A stretch of DNA of 63,790 bases, filler included. It is 7 parts of 7 records of this genome, joined end to end, with 100 filler letters (N's around TTAATTAATTAA, not from the genome) between each part and the next. Parts side by side here need not be neighbours in the genome. Positions count along the whole stretch, not along the records: positions 16,422 to 28,823 come from SRR31147125_1478; positions 28,924 to 44,090 come from SRR31147125_1493; 5 more parts are not named here. The stretch is one strand, 5' to 3'. Made by a program: the position numbers and the translations under genes. Every line of letters starts with the position of its first letter. The first letter of the stretch is position 1. Below the pieces are notes generated by a model. It made no database searches. It saw only the letters and a program-made list of their open reading frames with translations, and had not been told where the DNA came from. This document shows positions 22,696 to 31,936 of this stretch, piece after piece.

Positions 22696-22711
22696 TGGCA
22701 CTAAAATTGCT
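22696..22711 (+). promoter_or_regulatory. Sigma54 (-24/-12) promoter
   Basis: TGGCAC-TAAAA-TTGCT matches consensus TGGCAC-N5-TTGCW exactly; IHF-like site TAACATATTGAAT at 22647-22659. Confidence 0.8.
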
Positions 22712-22740
22712 CTATAATAGCTAGTTAACAGAGGTCTATC

Positions 22741-24261
22741 ATGAGAAAATTTATACTGTTTATTCTGACAATTCTTATATCGGCAACAATATCATGCGCA
22801 GGGATTAACACACCTACAGATGGCGAACCTATTCCAGGTGAAGTCGAGGATGTAATTCCAGGCACACAGACAGGCGAACCAGGAACCGGTGACGGAGTCA
22901 TCCCAGGCACACAGACAGGCGAACCAGGTGCTGGATTACCCAGAATCTTCGAACCAGAATCGAATAATTGCGAAGGATTCAACCCACGAGATGTAAGCTT
23001 CGAAGAAAGTGAAGATAAAGCTTTTATCTGTAACTTTATCCCAGATGTATGTATTGAAATGACATACAATAGTGAAGGTAATGAATGGCTCTTTGAACAC
23101 GACAATTTAGCATGCTCCATGTCTCCAAGCAGATACGTCCTAACAGAAGAAGGCATCATCGCAACCTTCTTTATTGAATGTGTAATCGACAAAGCTATTT
23201 GTGAAATCCAATATACTCAAGCTAACGAACAACCTGAAAAACAGACCACAGCTCTAACCCCAAAAGCTCAGACATCTACAGTTATCAACCTCACAACCTC
23301 TTTCGACACCCCTTATGATGTATCGATAGAGCCTAGAGGCGCAAACGATGCTCGTATTACCGTTTTATCCAAAAGCGGGACTTCAGATGTACTTTTATCA
23401 AACATTAAAATATCTGATTCAAACTCAAAGGATTATGGACAAGGAATTAAAATATATACACCACAAATTGATTCTTCCAAGATAACCAAAAATATTTTTG
23501 GACACGCCTCAGACTATAAGCTTATTGGTGACAAGCTCCTATTTGATAGTGATACCCAAAAACTACTCTCTAAAGAAGACAACGATCCACTAGTTGTTGC
23601 AAAAGATGTCTTCGGTGAACCAAAGGTGAGTAAAGATCACATATTTTGGATGGACGGAAAAACCGGCCAATACAGATGGCTAAAAGAGAGCAACGTTAAG
23701 GAAATCCATGATATAGTAATTCCTTTTGATATCGTAGACAGCAAACTAGAAACCACAGTTTACGATATAGTCTTTTTAGAAGACGGCTACGTGATGCTTC
23801 TAAAGAACGGCAACAAACTAATGCTTCTACAACGCAATTCAAATTATGGCGGCTGGACACTTCCTGTCAAACCAGTGTCTTTAAGTCCAGATTTCGAGAT
23901 ATCAAAAGCGGGCTTAAAACACGACCACGGTGTTTTTGTAATAAGTCTTCCTGGACGTGTCTTTGTTGGAGAGCAGCTTAAATATTTCTCTGAAGGAACA
24001 TTATCAACAGATGAGGTAATCGTCTTTATCATTAATGAAGACCACTACATAAGCAGCTCAGGCAAAATTTACAAACGAACAGGCGAAGAAGTTAGGCCTA
24101 TTGGCAACATAGATATCTTTAACACTGAATTATTAGGAACATCTAAATCTATAGAATTCGTTCCAAATGAAATTCTAAAATGTGTCGAAGCAACAAACAG
24201 AGTTATCTGCTTAATGAAAGATACGCAAAGCAACAACTTCTTCATTGCAACTGTAAACTAG
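22741..24261 (+). CDS. Hypothetical lipoprotein: Pro/Gly/Thr repeat linker, Cys-rich domain, beta-rich C-terminal region
   Basis: Lipobox-like TISC; VIPGTQTGEPG twice; six Cys in ~residues 77-154; GAGG RBS. Confidence 0.7.
   Translation: MRKFILFILTILISATISCAGINTPTDGEPIPGEVEDVIPGTQTGEPGTGDGVIPGTQTGEPGAGLPRIFEPESNNCEGFNPRDVSFEESEDKAFICNFIPDVCIEMTYNSEGNEWLFEHDNLACSMSPSRYVLTEEGIIATFFIECVIDKAICEIQYTQANEQPEKQTTALTPKAQTSTVINLTTSFDTPYDVSIEPRGANDARITVLSKSGTSDVLLSNIKISDSNSKDYGQGIKIYTPQIDSSKITKNIFGHASDYKLIGDKLLFDSDTQKLLSKEDNDPLVVAKDVFGEPKVSKDHIFWMDGKTGQYRWLKESNVKEIHDIVIPFDIVDSKLETTVYDIVFLEDGYVMLLKNGNKLMLLQRNSNYGGWTLPVKPVSLSPDFEISKAGLKHDHGVFVISLPGRVFVGEQLKYFSEGTLSTDEVIVFIINEDHYISSSGKIYKRTGEEVRPIGNIDIFNTELLGTSKSIEFVPNEILKCVEATNRVICLMKDTQSNNFFIATVN
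22858..22928 (+). repeat. Exact 26-bp direct repeat within the lipoprotein linker (45-bp period)
   Basis: CCAGGCACACAGACAGGCGAACCAGG at 22858-22883 and 22903-22928. Confidence 0.95.
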
Positions 24262-24351
24262 ATTTTACAAAGCACACAAAAAAACTCTTTATTTACCCTT
24301 CTTTTCTTCTTATTTCTTGACTTTATTTCCTAAAACAAACAATATTTACAC

Positions 24352-27300
24352 ATGCGAAGAGGCGATATTTTAGCAAATAGATTCAAGATCAGCAAACTAC
24401 TGTTCAAGTCTGGAAACAAAACCTTTTATTTTGCCACAGATAAAATTAGCAAATCAAATGTACTCGTTGCCCCTTACGAAGAACTTGCATACTCAACACA
24501 GAAGGAATTAACCAAAAGTGAGTTCAAAACTCTACAGAGCATACAATCCAAAAATGTTTTGGAGGTTTTTGAGAAGATAGATACAGGTAGTGAAGCATTC
24601 CTTACATACCGATATACATCAAAACTAACACCGCTAGTAAAATCAATAGCAAAAGCCCCCTACCAAACACGCTCTAGAGTTGCAAAAAACCTATTTCAAT
24701 TAGCTAACACTCTTCACACAAATGGCATTCTTATTGGCTATATTTTACCCAACTTTGTATTGACCGATGAAAAAGGGACTCTCATTCTAGCAAACTTAAC
24801 AATCTGCAGAAAAGCATCAGCAAAACCAACGGAATTAACAACTTCTCTTCCTAATTCCATATTTGTAGCTCCTGAAGTATTTTCGACCGACAGACCATCA
24901 ATCTCTTCAGACATATATTCCCTATCGCTCTTAACCAGCCTAATCTTCACAAATGGAAGATTTAAAGAGGGGGATTTTGAAAATCAAAATAGAGAGAAAA
25001 CTCTGAACAAAATATTTTTTCTAATCCGTAAGCATTTTAAAAATCCTGACTGGCTTGGCATAATCATGGGAGCAACATCAGAAAAGATTTCTGAAAGGCC
25101 AAAATCAATAAACGACCTTTTTAATAATATTTTTCCTGGCGAGAGACTAGAGCCAGAAAACAAGAGATCAAAAGAGAGAGCAACTCAAAAAAGCAAGACA
25201 ATAACAAGCAAAACCCTTAAGGAAGCCTTTAAAAATAAAGAATACTTTCTGGCCAACTCACTTTCTGAAACAGATATTAAAAATCTTATTGAAAAAGGCA
25301 GCAAGGAAGAAAACACAAGCAACGCTTTAACTCTGATGAAGATGTGGAGCAAAACAGGTAGCGCAAAACACCTAAGCCTCATCACCGAAAGGCTTCAGAA
25401 AAATCACATCTCTCCTAAAGACAGAGAATCATTCAATTACCATCTCGCGCTCAACGACTACTTTAAGGGTAAAGTTAAAAAAGCTAAAACAAAGCTTTCT
25501 GGGTCAAGCCTAAAGCTTTCAGCCTCTCATAATTTAATGGGAATGATTTTTCAAAGAGAAGGTAAATTTAGCAAAGCTGAAAAAGCTTATCAGAATGCTG
25601 TTGAAATTAGCAGCAAACTTAAAGACAAAACAAACTATGCAATATACACAGGAAACCTGGCCTATCTAAAACAAGTGATCGGCGATTACGAAGAGAGTCT
25701 CAGGCTTTATGATCAGGCGATTAAAGAACTTACTAAACTTGGAGACAAACAAACTCTTGCATCAACACTTTTCAATAAAAGCAGCCTACTAATCTTTTTT
25801 GGTTCTTTTTCAGAAGCAAAAAAACTGCTTAAAAAATCCCTGAACATTTCAGCTAAGCACGGGCTAAAACGTCAAGAAGCGTTATGCCGAAACCTTTTTG
25901 GCGAACTCTATAAATTTACAGGTGAGTACGAAAAACAAGAAGAAATGGCAAAAGAAGCCATAAAGATTTTTTCAGAAATTGAAGACTCCTTCAACACATA
26001 TCGTTCTTACCTTCAATTCGGCTGGAATGCCTTGAGAAGCGCCTCAGCATCTGCACTCAAGGATATCTTGATGAGAATCAAAGTGATTCTTAATGCAAAC
26101 CCGCATATTGACAAAACTGAATACGTCCTACTCCATGTTTGCTACTTAAGAAAATATTCTCCTTATTCAGTTGAACATATGCGCTCACTTCTTTCCAACG
26201 AACCATCCATTTTACAAGACAACCTTCCTCTAAAGTTTGAGTGGATTAAACTCCTGGGATATGTCCTTAACGATGGAGGCGAAAAGAAAGAAGCTATCTC
26301 TAAATTCAAAGAGGCCGAAAACATCCTTAAGGAAATCGAAAAATCCATCCCAAAAGAATATCAAAAACACTTTAAACGCTTCATGGAAAAAGAGAGACTC
26401 AAAACACGAATTAAAACCTCGAGATACACAAATGTCAGAAGGAGGGTGGCAATGGAAATCAGTGAAATGTTGCCCCAGATATATGACTCATTCACAACAG
26501 CCATAAAAGGCATTGTTGAAAAACTACCATCATTTAGCCAACAGCAAATAATCATCAAAGACATTTTTGATGTTATGGGTGCTGAAAGTGTTGTCTGCTA
26601 TAAGTTTGAAAAAGGAATGACGGTACCTACTGCCTCTTTTGGAAGTGTTGACGCAGAAGACCTCTTGAAGAAAATTGAAAAACAGGTCTCAAGACTTACA
26701 AAATGGAAAAGAATTAAAGAGAAGATCAACAACAAAAATGTTATTATCTTATGTGCCCCTATGTCCACAGGGAAAGAGCTTACCGGATTAATTGTTGCAA
26801 TTCTACCAACAAGCAAAGCCCCTAAGTCTCATCTTTTTGGGGATCTACTTTCGAGTTATGCAGATCTCCTTGAGGTTGTAGATTTATCAAACTTAACCTC
26901 ACAAGTAACAAGCCCCGCACTTCCAGTATCAAACTTTACAGACATCAAACGAAAGACCCAAAAAAGTAGTTTTATTTTTGGAGACTCTGAAATTATCAAC
27001 TCCACCAAAGAAAACACAGCTAAAGCTATTTCATCCAGACTACCGGTTATAATATTTGGTGAAGATGGCACAGGGAAACAAACATTAGCAAAACATATTC
27101 ATTTCCTATCCGCACCAGATAAAAATACAAAGGTTATCGATTGCAGACAAACTGAAAACATTATTATCTACGGTGAAATTTTCGGAACAGACAACAGACC
27201 TGGTGCTCTAGAAACTCTAAAAGGCGGAACTCTAATACTACTCCATATCGAGAGACTCGACTGGGAAATGCAAAACCACATCTTACACTACTTAAAAGAA

Positions 27301-27990
27301 GGTAGCTACCAGCCTGCTGGTTCAAAAAAACATCTCACTTCAAACGTCAGAATTATTGGAACATCATATGAAAAAATGTGGGATGCTGTTGATTCTGGAA
27401 GACTAAACAATCAACTGGTTAGAAAAATGGGTGTCTTAAAGATAAACATCCCATCTCTCTCAAGTAGAAAGAACGATATTGAAAACCTAATAGAAGAATA
27501 CTTTAAAAACAAAGGTTTCAATAAATCTTTTGACAAACAAACACTAAACGAACTTGAGAATAGCAAGTGGCCATTCAACACAGCTGGGCTTTTCAGAATA
27601 ATAGACAGCTGCGCTGGACTTTCTAAAGAAAAGATCATCAGTCAAAAAATCTTTCAAAAAGCTACGAAAACAGTTAGCGCCCCCATCCCTGCTGCTAGCG
27701 ATGCTGCGACACTAACTGAAATGTTACGCGAAAGTGAAAAGAAGATCATTGAAAATGCACTTGAGAAATACGGCCATGACAAAGAATTAACGGCTCGAGC
27801 ACTCGGCATAAGTAAAAGTAATCTATACAAAAAAATGCGAGATTTCAGCTTAATTGGAAAAATCACAAAAGAACAGATCATTGCAGCTGTCAAAGCTTGT
27901 GGTGGAAACAAGAAACGGGCGGCAGAAGTTCTAAGTGTCTCCAGAAAAACACTCTACAATAAGATAGCAGAATATCACCTAAAAATATAA
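24352..27990 (+). CDS. Multidomain regulator: Ser/Thr kinase-like (degenerate) + TPR + GAF-like + degenerate sigma54-interaction AAA+ + two Fis-type HTH
   Basis: FVAPEVF and SDIYSL kinase remnants; MalT-like TPR helices; GEDGTGKQ Walker A; ALGISKSNLYKKM and VLSVSRKTLYNKI HTHs. Confidence 0.8.
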   Translation: MRRGDILANRFKISKLLFKSGNKTFYFATDKISKSNVLVAPYEELAYSTQKELTKSEFKTLQSIQSKNVLEVFEKIDTGSEAFLTYRYTSKLTPLVKSIAKAPYQTRSRVAKNLFQLANTLHTNGILIGYILPNFVLTDEKGTLILANLTICRKASAKPTELTTSLPNSIFVAPEVFSTDRPSISSDIYSLSLLTSLIFTNGRFKEGDFENQNREKTLNKIFFLIRKHFKNPDWLGIIMGATSEKISERPKSINDLFNNIFPGERLEPENKRSKERATQKSKTITSKTLKEAFKNKEYFLANSLSETDIKNLIEKGSKEENTSNALTLMKMWSKTGSAKHLSLITERLQKNHISPKDRESFNYHLALNDYFKGKVKKAKTKLSGSSLKLSASHNLMGMIFQREGKFSKAEKAYQNAVEISSKLKDKTNYAIYTGNLAYLKQVIGDYEESLRLYDQAIKELTKLGDKQTLASTLFNKSSLLIFFGSFSEAKKLLKKSLNISAKHGLKRQEALCRNLFGELYKFTGEYEKQEEMAKEAIKIFSEIEDSFNTYRSYLQFGWNALRSASASALKDILMRIKVILNANPHIDKTEYVLLHVCYLRKYSPYSVEHMRSLLSNEPSILQDNLPLKFEWIKLLGYVLNDGGEKKEAISKFKEAENILKEIEKSIPKEYQKHFKRFMEKERLKTRIKTSRYTNVRRRVAMEISEMLPQIYDSFTTAIKGIVEKLPSFSQQQIIIKDIFDVMGAESVVCYKFEKGMTVPTASFGSVDAEDLLKKIEKQVSRLTKWKRIKEKINNKNVIILCAPMSTGKELTGLIVAILPTSKAPKSHLFGDLLSSYADLLEVVDLSNLTSQVTSPALPVSNFTDIKRKTQKSSFIFGDSEIINSTKENTAKAISSRLPVIIFGEDGTGKQTLAKHIHFLSAPDKNTKVIDCRQTENIIIYGEIFGTDNRPGALETLKGGTLILLHIERLDWEMQNHILHYLKEGSYQPAGSKKHLTSNVRIIGTSYEKMWDAVDSGRLNNQLVRKMGVLKINIPSLSSRKNDIENLIEEYFKNKGFNKSFDKQTLNELENSKWPFNTAGLFRIIDSCAGLSKEKIISQKIFQKATKTVSAPIPAASDAATLTEMLRESEKKIIENALEKYGHDKELTARALGISKSNLYKKMRDFSLIGKITKEQIIAAVKACGGNKKRAAEVLSVSRKTLYNKIAEYHLKI

Positions 27991-28130
27991 AGACATTTCA
28001 CTCTCGTTTTCGACAATAAATAGCAAAATAACCATTATATTTGCCACAAACCCTACACATACAACACTTTAAGGTTTACAAAGCAGCATATATTTGACAT
28101 TGATTAATCATTATCAATTGAAAGTAAATT

Positions 28131-28823
28131 ATGGCGAAACTAATGAATGACAATTCTATCAGACCTAATATTCTCATAGTTGACGATGACCAATCGATGC
28201 GAGAGATTCTTCAAGCAATATTAAAACCTAAATACAATATAATTCTTGCAAGCAACGGAAAAGAAGGAGTTGAAAAAGTAAAATCAGAAGAAATAGATTT
28301 GGTTCTTTTGGACATAAAAATGCCCGACATAAATGGCCTTGAAGTCCTCAAAACAATCAAAGAAATTGATGAAGAACTTGAAGTCATAATGATCACTGTT
28401 ATCAAAGACATATCTACTGCGGTAACAGCTATTAAGCACGGTGCCTATGACTACATAAATAAAGACTTTAACGCAGAAGATGTAAACAATCTGGTCACCA
28501 GAGCCCTTGAAAAGAGATCAACAAATAAAGAAATTGTTTGTCTTAATACCGAAATTGAAGAAATGACAAATAAAGAGTTTGTTATAGGCAATACTCGAAA
28601 AATGAGAGAAATTGCCGATACAATGAAAAAAACAGCAAACCTCCCGGCAACAATCCTCATAACTGGAGACTCTGGAACTGGAAAAGAACTAATCGCAAGA
28701 AACATTCACAAACTAAGCAAACTTTCGAACAAACCTCTTGTGACAGTTAACATTGCAGCAATCCCGGACGAGCTTATAGAAACAACTCTTTTTGGTCATG
28801 AAAAAGGAGCTTTTACAGGGGCT
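28131..28823 (+). CDS. NtrC-family sigma54-dependent response regulator, 3' truncated
   Basis: REC domain (ILIVDDD, LLDIKMP), GDSGTGKEL and LFGHEKGAFTGA. Confidence 0.93.
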
Positions 28824-28923
28824 NNNNNNNNNNNNNNNNNNNNNNNNNNNNNNNNNNNNNNNNNNNNTTAATTAATTAANNNNNNNNNNNNNNNNNNNNN
28901 NNNNNNNNNNNNNNNNNNNNNNN

Positions 28924-29224
28924 CTACGGTATATATCAATCTGAGGGCGGATACTATTTGTATGTTGGAGATAAACCTACTACTAGCGAAGGATCAACCG
29001 ATATGCCTTTGTCTGATTCTGAGCTTAGAAAAGAGCTTGATTATTTCCAAAAGGGGTTATGGTCTCATACTAAAGATATGGACGGTTCTTACCCTGATGA
29101 TATCACGGACTTTTCTCACTACAAAACAAATAGCGAGTTTAGAGAGTTTGTAGATTATCTATTTGAACTTGGTTATGATATATATCAATCAGAAGGCGGA
29201 TATTACTTGTATATAGCAGAATAA
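28924..29224 (+). CDS. C-terminal part of a hypothetical protein with a repeated domain ending YxIYQSEGGYYLY
   Basis: The motif occurs at the contig start and at the C-terminus with mostly synonymous differences; terminator follows. Confidence 0.7.
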
Positions 29225-29236
29225 GCAGCTTGCTAT

Positions 29237-29283
29237 AAAACCTCCTATTATAGTTTTCATTCTACAATAGGAGGTCTTTTTTT
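29237..29283. terminator. Bidirectional intrinsic terminator
   Basis: ACCTCCTATT…AATAGGAGGT stem, with A4 before and T-run after. Confidence 0.85.
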
Positions 29284-29311
29284 GATTCATAGTATCATGC
29301 AGAGCATTGCC

Positions 29312-30189
29312 CTATATCTCTATATCGCATTCGTTTCTAAAAACGCCTTCAAACTGTTTTATTCCAAATCTTTTTGTAAAATAGACGCATTTACATAAAA
29401 AAGCGTAGTAGATATTCTTTTTGCATCCATAGAGCGTCTCAAAGTTACCCATGCCCTTAGAAATAATCAAATCCGCGTTGTCCATTAAATTTTTTGATTC
29501 TTTATTGATATGACTAAGTACAGTACCAGGCGCATCAAAGCCATTATCAATTACATCTACAATATCGGTCAAGCCAGTAGAAATCGCATCTTGCATAGTT
29601 GCATCATTATAAATAGGGTATCCCCTAACAATTGCATTTATTTTTGCATGCGGATACATATCCTTTAAAACTTGTATAAAAATTTTATCAAAAACAATTT
29701 CCCCTGCGTTATCCGTTAAATACACCAATGATTTTGCATTTTGCATATCATTCTTAAATTTAGTCAGTGTTTTTTCATCAATAATAAACTCATGAGATTT
29801 ATCCACAATGCTTTGTAAAGTATCATCACTCACATCACTCATTGCTCCAAAATCGATATAGTTGCCAGCAAGTGCATATTGTATAGAGCGTAAAAGTATA
29901 TTATCTGAATCTTTTATGTTTTTAATTATTTTATCTTCCATCTTCAAAACAAAAGCATTTGAAGATTTTTTTTCGTCTATATAGTGATCGGAAGTTTCGG
30001 TTATTTTAGATAATGCGCGAATTATTTTTGTACTTATTAAAGGTGCAGAATCAGACGGGTTTGCCTTAGATATAATCGACATTGCTGTCTTTAAAAATGC
30101 AATTCTTTTATCCTCATCCTTTTCATATTGTGCATAAATTTCATCGTTTTTTTGACCATGCAAAATAAACAGTCGAGTGATGCCTTCAT
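29312..30189 (-). CDS. DUF89/ARMT1-family damage-control phosphatase (frameshift at T7 30147-30153)
   Basis: Reconstructed start MKASLDCLFC (CxxC, GGAGG RBS); AGNYIDFG, LTDNAGEIVFD, NDAT and ISKGMGNFETL. Confidence 0.9.
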
Positions 30190-30394
30190 TTTTTTGCCTC
30201 CAAGCTGATTCTTTATATTAATTTACCTAGGATAGTATATAGCAGCGATACTATTATAGCAAGGAAGATTTATTAATAAATATTTAATATCTCCTGATTT
30301 TTCTCTTGTAAATTTTTATTCTATTTTGCTTAAAATAGTCTTTTTATGTTATATTATAAATGCAAGTATAAACATGACTAAAGAAGGTGACCGT

Positions 30395-31000
30395 ATGGAA
30401 TGGTATTGTGGAAAGTGCCCTAAAAATAAAGCTGAATGTGATTTTTGCAAAACTATACTGGGAGATGACGCAAAACTCTATGCTAGCGGAGAAATAACCA
30501 AAGAATATGAACCTGCATTAACTATTAGAGGATATTCATATAATCGAGAGCTTTATGAATTTTTAGACGATAATAAACTTGGAGTAAGAGCGCTTAAAGA
30601 ACAATATCCTGATGAAGATAGACGAAATGCCGAAATACTTGAATCGCATTATCAAGTTGGAAAAGAATCATTTGATGATGGCAATTTTGAGTTGAGCATG
30701 AATTTTTTTCAAAATACTTTGGGCTATAAAGATAGCGATGAATATTTTAAAAAATCAAAATTTGCATTTGAAAAACAAAACCGCAGAATCACCGAGCAAA
30801 AATATGAACAAGCGATTGAGCTATATGAAAATGCACAAGTAAAACAAGCAAGAGAGCTGTTTTTTGAACTTGGAGATTATCTTGACAGCAAACAAAGATA
30901 CGAAAAGCTTAATAAAGTTTATACCCATTCAGTTCGTACATTTTTTGCAGTTTTTGGTGCTTTTATTGTATTAGTTATTATTGTGCTAATAGTTTTTTAA
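30395..31000 (+). CDS. Hypothetical membrane-anchored protein: N-terminal CxxC…CxxC, TPR-like (GYKDS/GDYLDS) repeats, C-terminal TM helix
   Basis: MEWYCGKC…CDFC; helical repeats; hydrophobic C-terminus. Confidence 0.65.
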   Translation: MEWYCGKCPKNKAECDFCKTILGDDAKLYASGEITKEYEPALTIRGYSYNRELYEFLDDNKLGVRALKEQYPDEDRRNAEILESHYQVGKESFDDGNFELSMNFFQNTLGYKDSDEYFKKSKFAFEKQNRRITEQKYEQAIELYENAQVKQARELFFELGDYLDSKQRYEKLNKVYTHSVRTFFAVFGAFIVLVIIVLIVF

Positions 31001-31031
31001 ATACCATAAGAAGATAAAAATACTATTATTG

Positions 31032-31923
31032 CTAGTTTAATTTAAGTCTCTTTTCATCAACCATCTCAAAAAGCTTTGTTACTATCCTTGTAACAAAGTC
31101 AATCTCATCACCTTTAAGTCCATGAGGATACCCACTGGCGCTAAAGTTGGTTCTAGCGCATTCAATGATCTACAAATCTTTTCACCGATAACCGGATGAC
31201 TTTTAATCTCCAAAAACTCTTCATCCGTAAGTCTGCCTTGCTTGTTTAGTATATTATCACTAATGCTTACCTTTCCAATATCATGAATCATACCTACTAA
31301 TTCAAGTGTTTCAATATCAATTTTAGGCAAATCAAAAGCCCTACCCAAACTCGTAGCAATCATAGAAACCCTTCTAGTATGTCCGTCAGTATAAAAATCT
31401 CTAGCTTCAATAACGTTAGCAAGAAAAACCATCAAGCTTTTAGATCCTTCTACTTCTTGGTTATAATCGTTTCTCATAAGCTCATATAGCCTGTTTACTT
31501 CATGGTTGCTTTGCTCTAAGTCATTTATTTTTTAGTCCAGTTTATCCGCCAGGCTTTTTTCTCAAGTGCATTAAAAACTATTTTTATAAGCTCTTCATTA
31601 TTCCATGGTTTTTCTAGGTAATAATAAATACCTACTTCATTAATACTTTTAATTGCGTTTTCTTTATCAGCATAACCTGTTAATAAAATGCTCTCGGTTT
31701 TGGGTTGACGTTTTTTCATTTCTACTAAAAACTCAATACCATTTATTTCTGGCATCAAAAAGTCCGAAATTATAACATCAACCTCACTTCCATTATCTAC
31801 ATATAATAATGCATCATTTGGATTATTATATGTAATAACTTTATTTTGAGTTCTATGTTTTAATAGCATGGATAATGTTTTTGTGATCATCACTTCGTCA
31901 TCAACGACTAACATTGTTGCCAT
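31032..31923 (-). pseudogene. REC + HD-GYP response regulator, inactivated
   Basis: REC and HDIGK are present, but there is a frameshift (~31555), an in-frame TAA (~31533) and two internal deletions (~31133, ~31076) removing the HHE and ADxxDA motifs. Confidence 0.8.
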
Positions 31924-31936
31924 ACGCACCTCATAT

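Noticed and set aside
22858-22928. Possible mini-CRISPR (26-bp repeat)
   Set aside because: Only two copies, 19-nt spacer, in-frame within a CDS, and no cas genes.
21460-23192. Antisense ORFs over rho and the lipoprotein (and similar shadow ORFs across the window)
   Set aside because: They overlap well-supported genes on the opposite strand and have no recognisable motifs.
28924-29224. Possible DGR template/variable repeat pair
   Set aside because: Differences are mostly synonymous and not adenine-specific, and no reverse transcriptase is present.
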